The notes: generated from the letters alone by a model not told the origin. 64,000 bases of DNA from an uncultured Candidatus Saccharibacteria bacterium (GCA_964434285.1 CAYSUJ010000001.1:304564-368563), one strand, 5' to 3'. Counted from the first letter of the stretch, positions 36,085 through 46,033 are shown. A program made the numbers and translations.

Positions 36085-36600
36085 TCAATCAGGACTACAC
36101 CAGCAGGGCTGTCCGGGCTTCGGGTTATGCGAATAGCCCTGTCTGCACGGCTTGCAGCGAGAGCCCGCTGAAGCGTGTTCGCCACTCTCCCCTGTCCACT
36201 CACACCAACAGGGCGAACCCGGCCGTGGCCAGTGCACAAATCCGTGGGCACACGGCTTGCAGCGCCTGCTCGAAGATGCAGCACCCAACGGCTCCCGATG
36301 CTGAGGACCTGACCGACGCGGCATCACCTGCGTTGAAGCAGGCGCGCCAGGACGCTGGTAAATCTGGTCTCCCCGAGTGTCCTCAGTAGTCTCACTGAGG
36401 ATCTTTCCGTCGGCATTGAAAATCGTTACACGAATTTCGTTGCCGACCTCTTGGGTAACCATCTTACCGCCGCCAGGCAGCGCGACCGTTGTCATGTGCC
36501 CATTTCTCTCGGGCCCAGATGGCCGCATCCAGTCTTCATTGCCACACCCAGCGAGAGCCAGGAGCGCAACAAAAACGGTTGCGACAAGCAGTTTTTTCAC
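36085..36600 (-). CDS. lipoprotein with two tandem CxPC...PCWC modules
   Basis: Lipobox LLALAGC; RCKPCAHGFVHWPRPGSPCWCEW and RCKPCRQGYSHNPKPGQPCWCSP. Confidence 0.6.
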   Translation of the reverse strand: MKKLLVATVFVALLALAGCGNEDWMRPSGPERNGHMTTVALPGGGKMVTQEVGNEIRVTIFNADGKILSETTEDTRGDQIYQRPGAPASTQVMPRRSGPQHREPLGAASSSRRCKPCAHGFVHWPRPGSPCWCEWTGESGEHASAGSRCKPCRQGYSHNPKPGQPCWCSPD

Positions 36601-36671
36601 CTCTGCCTCCTTCTTTCAATTAAATGTACTCGCCCTTTCCTAAGAAAAAGGCTTGGATTAATGATATCATG

Positions 36672-36711
36672 TATTTTAAAAAAGTCAAGACAGCCTGAGA
36701 GGGCTGCCTTG
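36672..36711 (-). terminator. terminator after the 36738-37172 gene
   Basis: caaggcagccctctcaggctgtcttg hairpin followed by ACUUUUUUAAAAU on the - strand. Confidence 0.45.
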
Positions 36712-36737
36712 TAGTTTGCATCGCTGTAAGCTTTCCG

Positions 36738-37172
36738 TTACTCCCCACGACACGGTCGACGAAAGCTCCCCCTCCCTTCTGAGTCTCGCGAAAATATTGC
36801 CGTACACTGAGGTACGATAACGCTTTCCCGCACAGAATCATTTCCAGGAGCATGGTTGCCCTTCGTATCAGCCGATGCCGACGGAGGTGGAGTCGTTGTT
36901 TTCGCTGGCCCTGCCGGCGGAGTCGTCGATTTCGAATCATCACGCGGACCCGGAGGAGGTGGTTCCTCCCGCTTTGCGGGTGGGAGGGTCAACTCCTCTT
37001 TCGGACTGAACTGCGGGAGTGGGGACGGAGCGTTTGTCGCCTCCTGCTTTCCAGCTGGGGTGTGCACGTTCGGGTTGTCGAAGATGTAGATATACCCGAG
37101 CACGAGTACGATAAGAACAACCTTGATCGCGAGCAGAGTTTTTACCACTTTTCTCAGCACGATACCCTCCAA
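36738..37172 (-). CDS. Pro-rich membrane-anchored protein
   Basis: N-terminal TM LLAIKVVLIVLVLGYIYIF, then a P/T/S-rich extracellular region. Confidence 0.4.
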   Translation of the reverse strand: MEGIVLRKVVKTLLAIKVVLIVLVLGYIYIFDNPNVHTPAGKQEATNAPSPLPQFSPKEELTLPPAKREEPPPPGPRDDSKSTTPPAGPAKTTTPPPSASADTKGNHAPGNDSVRESVIVPQCTAIFSRDSEGRGSFRRPCRGE

Positions 37173-37270
37173 TGAGCTGTTGCTGAATCTGGAATGTATT
37201 ATAGAACATAATTACATAAAAACAAGGGGCGACCACAGCCGCCCCTTGCGATTACACCAGCGCCTGCGTC

Positions 37271-37690
37271 TCAACGAACATTTTTCATCTCATCCGTGAG
37301 GAGGAGCTGCCGAGTGACGATCGCGACGATGCCGATCAGATCGATGAGAACGATGACGACCAAAATCCCGAAACTTACCCACTGAAATGGGGAAAGAACG
37401 GTCTTGCCGTAAAAGGCCGCCGCTGTCACCCAGAGCAACGCATACCCCGGGATGTGCGAGATGAAGGTCTCGATCGCGAGATAGAACGGCGAAGGCGTCT
37501 GGTCGGCGAGCACCAGAGTGCTTTCCAACGCGAGGTAGATGAATGAGATCACGAGAACCACTCCGATCCCAATGAGCGTGCCGTATTCACCAGCAGGTTG
37601 ATACCCCGGCCTTCCAAGAAAGAAAGCTAGAATTGCAACCGCAAGCACGACCGATCCAAGATCGGACATGAGATTGATTGACTTTCTCAT
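37271..37690 (-). CDS. small polytopic membrane protein (about 4 TM). The ORF track extends to 38209, but that extension overlaps a better ORF
   Basis: The start was chosen at the ATG at 37690 (MRKSINLMSDLGSVVLAVAILAFFLG...); hydrophobic throughout. Confidence 0.4.
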   Translation of the reverse strand: MRKSINLMSDLGSVVLAVAILAFFLGRPGYQPAGEYGTLIGIGVVLVISFIYLALESTLVLADQTPSPFYLAIETFISHIPGYALLWVTAAAFYGKTVLSPFQWVSFGILVVIVLIDLIGIVAIVTRQLLLTDEMKNVR

Positions 37691-37812
37691 GAAAGTCTCC
37701 TTTGGGTTTCGACCCAGTCGTACTGAGCCATCGCAACCATACGCCACCACCGCTAGAGCGTCAACATAAAAAGCGGGGTCGAAGACCCCGCTTACTCTCT
37801 TTTGCACGCACT

Positions 37813-38109
37813 TCACCCGGAGAAGCCACGCTTCCCCGTCCAGATCTCCCACCACATTTTCCAGTCGCTCTTGAACGAGAGCCACCACGAATGCGTGAAG
37901 GAGGCCGGCTTGTTGCCCTCGAACAGATGCCCCGTGAACGCGAAACCGTAGCCGGCTACAAGCGCCCAGAGCAACGGAGCGAGTGTCTGCGTCATAAACG
38001 CATAGCCGATGCAAAGAACGGCGATATTGAGGCCGAACCAGTGCAAGAAGCGACACACGGGATGCGAATGTTGCGAGAGATAAAATGGATAGAACTCTTT
38101 GAGCGTCAT
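37813..38109 (-). CDS. DUF962 (Mpo1-like) family membrane protein
   Basis: FYPFYLSQHSHPVCRFLHWFG resembles the DUF962 motif; 98 aa, 2-3 TM. Confidence 0.4.
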   Translation of the reverse strand: MTLKEFYPFYLSQHSHPVCRFLHWFGLNIAVLCIGYAFMTQTLAPLLWALVAGYGFAFTGHLFEGNKPASFTHSWWLSFKSDWKMWWEIWTGKRGFSG

Positions 38110-38202
38110 TGCTTCCTCCTGTTATTCCGGCCCTTTTGGGCACTGCACGGACTATACGGCGAGGACAGCGCATGTCAAACACTCGGGGATTGAATGTCTG
38201 AC

Positions 38203-38224
38203 TTTTCAAACCATGGTTTGAAAA
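38203..38224. promoter_or_regulatory. 22-bp perfect palindrome ttttcaaaccatggtttgaaaa between the sortase stop and the DUF962 gene start
   Basis: Exact dyad symmetry. Candidate operator or bidirectional terminator, though no clear U-tract on either side. Confidence 0.3.
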
Positions 38225-38236
38225 GTTAGACGAGAG

Positions 38237-38902
38237 CTAGAGCTCGTACGAGCCGATGAGTTCGGCGTTTACAACAAAGCGTGACGATTTTGATGTGAGC
38301 GTGTCACAGGTGACGATCGTGAGGCGGTTGCCTTCGCGCGAGAGATCGATAATGCCTTCTTCGGCGTTCACTGTCTTTACTGAGAGTACGCGATACGTAA
38401 AAGTCTTCCCGCCTCCATCCACCTCAATCACATCTCCGGCTTCGAGTTCGGGAATGCGGTTGAACGCTTTGTACATTTGGTTGTGCACGACCGGCAGATG
38501 CGAGGAGTGACCGAAGAGGAGCACGTTCCCTTTTTCACCGAGGAGTGCGGAATCGACGTAGCGGGCCGGGCCGTCTTTTAGATACTCATCAAGCTTCGCA
38601 ATGTCGCGCGTATCGGGATTCGAGAGTGGAAGATTGAGATCAATGGCGGAAATACGCACGCGCGTCGGTAAAACGCCTTGCACGTCCTCCTCCACCGGTT
38701 CTGGCGCAGCTGCTTCCTGCGCGGCAATTTCTTCTCCAAGCTCAGGAAGTTCTGCGATGGAAACGACGCGACGCGGCTCAGTTCCATCAATGTAATACGG
38801 AACAAAACCAACGGAACTCGCGGCGGAGAGCGCCAAAAAGAAAACGACCACACTCGTAGCGAGGAAGACCGAGAATGGCGGCTTGGTAGGAGTGTTTTTC
38901 AT
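38237..38902 (-). CDS. sortase-family transpeptidase. The likely start is the ATG at 38902; the ORF track extends to 39007
   Basis: N-terminal TM, LLFGHS His, LTIVTCDT Cys motif and downstream SRFVV Arg. Confidence 0.75.
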   Translation of the reverse strand: MKNTPTKPPFSVFLATSVVVFFLALSAASSVGFVPYYIDGTEPRRVVSIAELPELGEEIAAQEAAAPEPVEEDVQGVLPTRVRISAIDLNLPLSNPDTRDIAKLDEYLKDGPARYVDSALLGEKGNVLLFGHSSHLPVVHNQMYKAFNRIPELEAGDVIEVDGGGKTFTYRVLSVKTVNAEEGIIDLSREGNRLTIVTCDTLTSKSSRFVVNAELIGSYEL

Positions 38903-39183
38903 CTCGTTAGAGATAGGAAGCGCTTCAATCGGTTCTTTATATAACGCTTTCCCATACCAGATTTTAAGTATATTTCTCTCGACCTTGCATCGGACTCGTT
39001 CCGACACATTTCATAATAAATTATCTCGAACGGACCACGATGCTTTGTCGAAACGTTCGTGCCTCGACTATGTTCCAAGAAGCGCTTCCGCAAATCGTTC
39101 GTTGATCCCGTGTACATCTTCCCATCTTTCAAGCTACGAAGCACATACACATACCAGCTCGCATAATCTCTAACGGGATTCAC
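38899..39183 (-). CDS. GIY-YIG nuclease-superfamily small protein (start uncertain; GTG candidates at 39183 and 39258)
   Basis: WYVYVLRSLKDGKMYTGSTNDLRKRFLEH GIY-YIG motif; the stop overlaps the sortase start. Confidence 0.6.
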   Translation of the reverse strand: MNPVRDYASWYVYVLRSLKDGKMYTGSTNDLRKRFLEHSRGTNVSTKHRGPFEIIYYEMCRNESDARSREIYLKSGMGKRYIKNRLKRFLSLTR

Positions 39184-39211
39184 GTCTATATTGTGCCGTA
39201 ACTCTGTACTC

Positions 39212-39239
39212 TTGTCAATCCCGCAGAGTGTGGTATAAA
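39212..39239 (+). promoter_or_regulatory. sigma70-like promoter for the CARDB gene
   Basis: TTGTCA-N16-(tgg)TATAAA, 7 nt upstream of an aaagg RBS and ATG. Confidence 0.4.
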
Positions 39240-39245
39240 GGCGGC

Positions 39246-40205
39246 ATGAGCGACTCACACGAGAGCCAGAGCCCCGGCCTTCTGGCGAATATTCTAGCGG
39301 TTGCCGGCTTTATTATCCTTATCGTCATAATCGTTTGGGGTGCGTATCATCTTCTCCGACTTACAGGAGCAGGGATCTCTTCCCTCTTCTCGAGCGCGGG
39401 AACGGAAATTAAAATCACGACACCGACGACACCGGTTGAATCAGGCAAGGCATTCCCTCTCGCATGGGATTACACGCCGAGCGAAGCCGGAAGCTTCGCG
39501 GTTTTGTATCAGTGCAAAACAGGATTCCGATTTGAGACCAACGCTCCAGCGCGTGCTGCGCTTCCTTGCGGAAACGCGATCACCGTGGGTGCAGATAAAA
39601 CCATCAACCTCGTCCCTGTGCTCTCGGGCACGACGACCATGGACATACCTGTCTCAGTCGTCTTCGTCCCAGCGGCCACGAGTTCGACGGAACGCCCCCA
39701 GGGTGCAACAACCGTAAAGGTGAATGCAGTCTCTGGCACAGCGGCAACTACGACGACAAAGCCAACCACAAACGCTAAGCCAGCGGCCGCAGCTCCTCGC
39801 CCTGCTGGAAAGCCCGATCTCTCAGTTCGCATCCTTTCGGTGGGCACGGTGAACGCTGTTTCCGGCATGATAGAAAATCGCTATCCTGGTCCTGAAGAAA
39901 TTGCTGCCGTACAATTTGACGTCGCAAACAATGGCACGGGCTCGACCGGAAGCTACTCGTTCACAGTGAATCTCCCTGTGCAGGGCGGGTACGTCTACAC
40001 CTCGCCCACACAAAGCTCTCTCACGCCAGGGTCGCACATCGTGAACACACTTCGCTTCAAGCCGGTCCAGAGCGGCGGCGGTACGGTCACAATCTCTGTT
40101 GACCCGTACGGCACAGTATCTGAATCAAACGAAAGTAACAATACGGGCGCCATCTTCATCGGCGCACCTGTGTGGAGCGGTTTGTACGCACCGTACGTGT
40201 ACTAG
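39246..40205 (+). CDS. N-terminally anchored surface protein with a C-terminal CARDB-like domain
   Basis: TM LLANILAVAGFIILIVIIVWGAY; Thr/Ala-rich linker; C-terminal ...FDVANNGTGSTGSYSF...DPYGTVSESNESNNTGAIF resembling CARDB. Confidence 0.55.
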   Translation: MSDSHESQSPGLLANILAVAGFIILIVIIVWGAYHLLRLTGAGISSLFSSAGTEIKITTPTTPVESGKAFPLAWDYTPSEAGSFAVLYQCKTGFRFETNAPARAALPCGNAITVGADKTINLVPVLSGTTTMDIPVSVVFVPAATSSTERPQGATTVKVNAVSGTAATTTTKPTTNAKPAAAAPRPAGKPDLSVRILSVGTVNAVSGMIENRYPGPEEIAAVQFDVANNGTGSTGSYSFTVNLPVQGGYVYTSPTQSSLTPGSHIVNTLRFKPVQSGGGTVTISVDPYGTVSESNESNNTGAIFIGAPVWSGLYAPYVY

Positions 40206-41296
40206 CGATTCTCTTTGATCCGCGTAACCCAGCCCGGCGCCTCACTAAGCGACCGGGCTTTGTTACAGGCATCTTTTAGAACGTCAACGCCTTGCACAAA
40301 CCCCATAGCTGAGGAAAGGCCTTTCTGTTGAGTGTTTGGCACACTACTCCAATGGACAGTGCCAAAAAAGGGACCGCTGGCGCGATAGCCACCACGAACC
40401 CACGGTGCAACAACTGCACCCGACATCCCTTGTGCTGGCAAGGTGCCGTCATCATTCTTTGTTGCATCTCCGGGTTGCAGCGGCATCATGAAAGTGGATG
40501 CGAATTGAGAGCTGAGCCAGTCACGCGCATCCGGAGAAGTCTTGAATATTTTTTGATACAGGATGGGAGACATTTTGATTAGAAAAGAGATGCGCATAAG
40601 GGGCTTCCCTAGGCGCTTGCCCTGCAATACAACCATCTTGCCCTGAACATCTTTATCCGACAGAGAAGTATCAAGCGTGAGTGCAGGCCCCCTGTAATGC
40701 GGCTCGTATCGCACCGCAATATCCGCCACGTTGTAACCGGGAGTAAAGAATTGATTCTCTTCAAGTTTCCCCTCGACACAGTGTTTTGCGGTCGCAAAAA
40801 AACTTTCTCCGTTTAACGCAACATGATACCCGCCGCAATGGCTCTCTTTGACGCCACCGTCTTTCAGACGCGCATGAAACTTAACTGAAGTTGCACCGTG
40901 GAAATGGCTGAGTGGCGGCACCTTGCGCCGAAGGGTCTCTGTTTGGTCGCCGTACATGTCCGGAAAATGCTGTGCAACTTCAAGGTGTTCTATTACGCGG
41001 TTGATATAGCGCAAAACCCGGCCAGCGGCTTCAAGCGAAGAATTAGGATCATCAAAAATGCGCGAATACCTGCCGCCCGGCGCGAGTCCGTTTTCCACAT
41101 CACGTATTGCCTCATCGAGCCCCTCGGGACTCACAACCATCTCTGGGCGAGTTTTTGCATGCACACTTTCGCTGTGACGAAGATCACCCTTCGTCTGAGC
41201 CTGGACGTCGGGTGCACCAGAAAGTGCTGCGGCTGCCACCGCTGCACGAAATGCATTGCGAACAGTTTTTCTCTTTGAAAGTCTATCAAGACCCAT
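40202..41296 (-). CDS. secreted trypsin-like serine peptidase (putative)
   Basis: Signal peptide; TAKHC (His), DIAV (Asp) and QGMSGAVV (GxSG Ser) in the expected order. Confidence 0.4.
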   Translation of the reverse strand: MGLDRLSKRKTVRNAFRAAVAAAALSGAPDVQAQTKGDLRHSESVHAKTRPEMVVSPEGLDEAIRDVENGLAPGGRYSRIFDDPNSSLEAAGRVLRYINRVIEHLEVAQHFPDMYGDQTETLRRKVPPLSHFHGATSVKFHARLKDGGVKESHCGGYHVALNGESFFATAKHCVEGKLEENQFFTPGYNVADIAVRYEPHYRGPALTLDTSLSDKDVQGKMVVLQGKRLGKPLMRISFLIKMSPILYQKIFKTSPDARDWLSSQFASTFMMPLQPGDATKNDDGTLPAQGMSGAVVAPWVRGGYRASGPFFGTVHWSSVPNTQQKGLSSAMGFVQGVDVLKDACNKARSLSEAPGWVTRIKENR

Positions 41297-41304
41297 CGCG
41301 GTAA

Positions 41305-43329
41305 TTATATATCAAGCGTCGCCTCCTTGGCGTTCGATTGTATGAATGTCTTTCGGGATGAGACGTCGGTACCCATGAGGATGTCGAAGGTGCGATCGGC
41401 ATCTTGTGCGTCCTCAATTGAAACGAGTTTAAGAACGCGGCGAGCGGGATCCATGGTGGTTTCCCACAATTCCTCTGGATTCATTTCTCCGAGACCCTTG
41501 TAGCGTTGGACAGAAATTTTTGGAGTGCGTTTTGCTTTCGTTTCAACCTCAGCTTCCTCCTCCTCTTCAGAAATATTCTCTTCGGATTCAAGCGGGATAT
41601 CCGCGCCAGCAACCTTCTTCTTCTCGTCGTCGGAATATGCATAGTGCACCTCCTTCCCTTTCTTGATTTTGTAGAGCGGCGGTTGCGCAATGAAGAGGTA
41701 CCCCCCTTCAATGATTTGGCGGAAATGGCGGAAGAAAAGCGTGAGAAGGAGCGTGCGGATGTGCGCACCGTCCACGTCGGCATCGGTTGCGATGATGATC
41801 TTGTGGTAGCGCAGTTTTTCTGGTGAGAATGCGTCGCCGATACCGGTACCCATCGCAACAATGAGCGCCTTGATTTCGTCAGAGGAAAGCATGCGATCGA
41901 GACGTGCGCGCTCGACGTTCAAGATTTTTCCGCGGAGTGGGAGGATTGCCTGTGTACGGCGATCACGCCCTTGTTTTGAACTACCTCCCGCTGAATCTCC
42001 CTCCACAATAAAGACTTCGGCCTCTTCCGGATTGCGAACCTGACAATCGGCGAGCTTACCCGGAAGCGAGAGGCCTTCAAGTGCACCTTTGCGCAGCACG
42101 GATTCTTTCGCGGCTTTCGCCGCTTTGCGCGCCTTCATGGCGAGGGTTGCCTTGCCGATGATCGCTCGCATGTCGTCGGGATGTTCTTCCAAGAAGGTGC
42201 TGAACGCCTCGGCGAAGACCGTTTCTGTCGCACCGCGCGCTTCGACGGAGCCAAGCTTGCCTTTCGTTTGCCCTTCAAACTGGATTTCTCTGAGCTTCAC
42301 AGAAACGACCGCTGTGAGACCTTCGAGAACGTCGTCTCCGGTGAATGAGTCGCCCTCTTTGCCATTTCCGCTCTTTGCGGCGTTATTGAGTGTACGCGTG
42401 AGTGCGGTTTTGAAGCCCGTGATATGTGTGCCGCCCTCGGCGTTATAAATATTGTTCGCAAATGCAGAGACGCGTGAAGAGATGTCGTCGACGTACTGCA
42501 GGGCCACTTCAACCATCACATCATCTTGCTCTTTCTCGACGTAGAAGATGTTTTTATGCACGGGAGTCTGGTGGCGATTTTGGAACGAGACGAGAGATTT
42601 GAGACCGCCTTCGAAGTAGAACGTGGTTGATGGCGCATCAATTCCGAGATCGCGTAGGTAGATCGTTTCCGTGTCATCAAACTTCGCAGCTTCTCGGAGA
42701 TCTAAGACCGTGATGCGAAGTCCCTTCACGAGATATGCCTGCTGACGGAGATGCGCGACAACGGTGTCATAGCTGAATTCGGTGCCTTCTTTGAAGATCT
42801 CGGCGTCTGGTGCGAAGGTGATGATGGTTCCCGTTGCTTTCGAGGCACCTTCTTTCTTCGTTTTACCAACGGGCTTTCCGCCGTTCTTGTATTCTTGGAC
42901 GTGCCTGCCACCGTCGCGGTGCACTTCCGCGCGCACATGTGTCGAGAGCGCGTTCACGACGGACACACCGACGCCGTGCAGACCGCCAGAGACTTTGTAG
43001 CCTTCACCACCGAACTTACCACCGGCGTGGAGCACCGTGAGCACGGTTTCGAGTGCAGAAACCTTCGTCTTCGGATGGATATCAACGGGGATTCCGCGAC
43101 CATTATCGGCGACACGCACACGGTTCCCGGGGAGAAGCGCGACTTCAATATCATTTGCAAAGCCACCCATCGCCTCGTCGCGTGAGTTGTCGAAGACTTC
43201 CCAGATAAGGTGGTGAAGGCCGCTGGGGCCCGTGGTACCGATGTACATGCCCGGGCGGCGACGTACCGCCTCAAGCCCCTCCAAGACCGTAATATCAGCC
43301 GCCCCGTAGGAGCTTTTCTTTTCTGCCAT
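41305..43329 (-). CDS. gyrB: DNA gyrase subunit B (or ParE); compact 674-aa form
   Basis: GHKL ATPase motifs (LHHLIWEVFDNSRDEA, DNGRGIPVD), Toprim (EGDSAGGS) and the C-terminal tail. Confidence 0.85.
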   Translation of the reverse strand: MAEKKSSYGAADITVLEGLEAVRRRPGMYIGTTGPSGLHHLIWEVFDNSRDEAMGGFANDIEVALLPGNRVRVADNGRGIPVDIHPKTKVSALETVLTVLHAGGKFGGEGYKVSGGLHGVGVSVVNALSTHVRAEVHRDGGRHVQEYKNGGKPVGKTKKEGASKATGTIITFAPDAEIFKEGTEFSYDTVVAHLRQQAYLVKGLRITVLDLREAAKFDDTETIYLRDLGIDAPSTTFYFEGGLKSLVSFQNRHQTPVHKNIFYVEKEQDDVMVEVALQYVDDISSRVSAFANNIYNAEGGTHITGFKTALTRTLNNAAKSGNGKEGDSFTGDDVLEGLTAVVSVKLREIQFEGQTKGKLGSVEARGATETVFAEAFSTFLEEHPDDMRAIIGKATLAMKARKAAKAAKESVLRKGALEGLSLPGKLADCQVRNPEEAEVFIVEGDSAGGSSKQGRDRRTQAILPLRGKILNVERARLDRMLSSDEIKALIVAMGTGIGDAFSPEKLRYHKIIIATDADVDGAHIRTLLLTLFFRHFRQIIEGGYLFIAQPPLYKIKKGKEVHYAYSDDEKKKVAGADIPLESEENISEEEEEAEVETKAKRTPKISVQRYKGLGEMNPEELWETTMDPARRVLKLVSIEDAQDADRTFDILMGTDVSSRKTFIQSNAKEATLDI

Positions 43330-43405
43330 AGCCTGAGGATTATATCAGAAAAAGGGTATTTCCAGAAGCAAGTTATCCTATTTTAAGGGGCTCTGTTGAG
43401 CCACT

Positions 43406-45199
43406 TTAGCGCACCTCAAAGCCATGTTCCGTAACTGCCGCATACACTGCATCCATATGCGGTTTTACTTCGTCGTCAGTGAGTGTTTTTTCGAATGATT
43501 GGAAGACGAGTCGAAGAGCGAGTGAACGACGACCATGTTTAGGGCTCACGAATTCATCAAGTACGTCAATACGTTGTAACAAATTACCCGCATGAGATTC
43601 TACGAAATCATAAGCTTCTCCAGCATCTTTCATGCTTGGGGGAACCCACATTGAAATATCGCGCGTAATGGAAGGAAATCGAGAGAAGGGCTGATAGCGT
43701 TCGGTCGCTGAGAGTGGTAGGGTTTCGTACATATCAGTGTTCCTTACATACATCGAGAGCGGATCCTCCTTTGCCGATTCTGTCTCACTCACAATCCGCG
43801 CCATAACCTTTTCTTCACCACCCGTCCATACCGTCCCAATTTCAAAGATTTTTACTTCCTTGAGACCGAGTAAATCTTTGTTCTGAACATTTTTTTTCAG
43901 AGCTTCGTTCAGACCATGCGTGAGCGTGGAGCGAAGATATGGTCGTACGCTGTCCACTTTATTCAAAACTGCACGTTCGCCCTCATCCTGAAAGACTGAG
44001 GTAATGACTTCAGAGTAGCCGAGTGCGGTGAGCTCTTCGCGCACGCGCTCTGACGCAGCAAAATTTTGATTTACGGGGACGACATCGGAAAGAGTTGGTA
44101 GCTCGTGAGCAGGCACTGAGTCGTAGCCGATGATACGCCCCACTTCTTCCACAAGGTCTTCGGATATTTCCAAATCCAGTCGTTCGAAAGGTACGATGAC
44201 GGAGAATGAATCCCCCGCTATCCGGTGAGCAAAGCCAAGACGCGTAAAGACATCCGCGACCTGCTCGCGCGAAAGTGAAAGGTCAAGGGTATTGTTGATG
44301 TGAGCGAGCGAGATTTCGAGCTCTCGCTTCTCCGCAGGCTGAGGGTACGCATCGACGAACCCTACAATTTCCCCGCCCGCGAGTTTAACGATGAGATCCG
44401 CAGCCGCGCGCATACCGTAGGCGGCAAGCTCGGGAGAAATCACTTGTTCAAAGCGCTGCGAAGCGTCAGTGCGGAGACCGAGCGCCTTTGCAGTCTTGCG
44501 TACCGACGCGCCGTCGAAATTCGCACTCTCAAGGATGATATGGGTTGTCGCTTCCGTAATGCCAGCTGCCTCCCCACCCTTCACGCCTGCCACTCCAATC
44601 CCCACATCCGCATGCTTGTCTGCGATCACAAGCATGTCAGACGTAAGCGTGTATTCTTTCGCGTCGAGGGCGAGAATTTTTTCGCCTTCTTTTGCACGGC
44701 GAATCTCTATCGCATTGGCATCACCCCTTGCCGCGAGCTTCGCCGTATCGAATGCATGGAGCGGCTGGCCAATGTTGAACATGACAAAGTTCGTCGCATC
44801 GACGACGTTGTTGATGGATTTTTGGCCCATTGCTGCGAGTCTTTCTATGAGCCATGACGGCGATGGACCAACATGCACGCCCTTGATGACCCCGCCGATA
44901 TAGCGAAGACATCGTTCGTCCTCGATGTGCACTTTCAAAGCACCTGTCTGTGGTAACTGCGGCTTCTCTGCCAAGGGGTCGCTTGCGAGTGGAACATTAA
45001 GAATAGCGGAAACCTCCCTCGCAATGCCGCGATACGAGAGACAGTCGTGCCCGCGATTCGGTGTAATTTTGACGTCTAGTATGTCGCCCTCAACCGATTC
45101 AATTTCGAAAGCATGGAATGTGAGTGCGTCTGCGAGTTCCTGTGTACTCGGAAGCGGTACTTCGAAATATTTCTGAAGCCAGTCGCGAGAGATTTTCAT
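43406..45199 (-). CDS. pheT: phenylalanyl-tRNA synthetase beta subunit (short form). The start was chosen at the ATG at 45199; the ORF track extends to 45361
   Basis: MKISRDWLQKYFEV N-terminus, B3/B4, B5 and catalytic-like domains; immediately downstream of pheS. Confidence 0.85.
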   Translation of the reverse strand: MKISRDWLQKYFEVPLPSTQELADALTFHAFEIESVEGDILDVKITPNRGHDCLSYRGIAREVSAILNVPLASDPLAEKPQLPQTGALKVHIEDERCLRYIGGVIKGVHVGPSPSWLIERLAAMGQKSINNVVDATNFVMFNIGQPLHAFDTAKLAARGDANAIEIRRAKEGEKILALDAKEYTLTSDMLVIADKHADVGIGVAGVKGGEAAGITEATTHIILESANFDGASVRKTAKALGLRTDASQRFEQVISPELAAYGMRAAADLIVKLAGGEIVGFVDAYPQPAEKRELEISLAHINNTLDLSLSREQVADVFTRLGFAHRIAGDSFSVIVPFERLDLEISEDLVEEVGRIIGYDSVPAHELPTLSDVVPVNQNFAASERVREELTALGYSEVITSVFQDEGERAVLNKVDSVRPYLRSTLTHGLNEALKKNVQNKDLLGLKEVKIFEIGTVWTGGEEKVMARIVSETESAKEDPLSMYVRNTDMYETLPLSATERYQPFSRFPSITRDISMWVPPSMKDAGEAYDFVESHAGNLLQRIDVLDEFVSPKHGRRSLALRLVFQSFEKTLTDDEVKPHMDAVYAAVTEHGFEVR

Positions 45200-45212
45200 A
45201 GACGTCCTAGAT

Positions 45213-46022
45213 TTAAAATTGATTGACGAACCGCAGATCAGCAGAGTGCATAAGACGAATATCGTCAATTCCCCAGCGAAGCATGGCGAGGCGATCGAGC
45301 CCCATACCGAAGGCAAAGCCATGATACTTTTCCGAGTCGATCCCGGCATTTTTGAGCACATTGGGATGTATCATCCCCGCACCCATCATTTCAATCCACT
45401 TGTCACGAAGTTTCTCGGGAACGTGTTCGCCCACGAGACGCATATCCACCTCGACCGACGGCTCAGTAAACGGGAAGAAGCTTGGGCGAAATCGAATCTC
45501 AACCGATGCGCCTTTAAAAAGTTCCTTGAAAAATCGTTCAAGCGTTCCCTTCAGGTGCGCCATCGTAATGTCTTCGCCGACGGCAAACCCCTCGATTTGG
45601 AAAAACTCCGCCTCGTGCGTCATATCGGTTGCTTCGTTTCGGAAGACTTTCCCGGGCACGATGACGCGATACGGTGGCATAACGCCTTTTTTCACTTGTT
45701 CCTCCATATAGCGGATTTGTACCGGTGAGGTGTGCGTGCGAAGAACTTTCCCCGGTTCGTCCTTGATGAAAAAGGTATCCTGCATGTCGCGAGCTGGGTG
45801 GTTTTTCGGCACATTGAGCGCATCGAAATTATGCCACTCGTCTTCGAGGAGTGGCCCCTCCGCAAACACGAATCCCATACGGGAGAATATGTGATTTGCC
45901 TCACGGATGAGGCTTGAGATGGGGTGTATGTGCCCTCGTTGCATACACGAGAGTATACCCCCACACTTATTTTCCTGAAAGAAAATAAATGTGGGGGGTA
46001 TAGCGTTTCCTTCTCCAGCCAC
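45213..46022 (-). CDS. pheS: phenylalanyl-tRNA synthetase alpha subunit (catalytic core only)
   Basis: Class II motifs FFQIEGFAV and GFAFGMGLDRLAMLRWGIDDIRL. Confidence 0.85.
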   Translation of the reverse strand: MAGEGNAIPPTFIFFQENKCGGILSCMQRGHIHPISSLIREANHIFSRMGFVFAEGPLLEDEWHNFDALNVPKNHPARDMQDTFFIKDEPGKVLRTHTSPVQIRYMEEQVKKGVMPPYRVIVPGKVFRNEATDMTHEAEFFQIEGFAVGEDITMAHLKGTLERFFKELFKGASVEIRFRPSFFPFTEPSVEVDMRLVGEHVPEKLRDKWIEMMGAGMIHPNVLKNAGIDSEKYHGFAFGMGLDRLAMLRWGIDDIRLMHSADLRFVNQF

Positions 46023-46033
46023 TAACCAACTGA

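Noticed and set aside
37691-38209. Upstream 173-aa portion of the 37271-38209 ORF
   Set aside because: Overlaps, in another frame, the better-supported DUF962-like ORF (37813-38109). Arg-rich composition. The membrane protein starts cleanly at the ATG at 37690.
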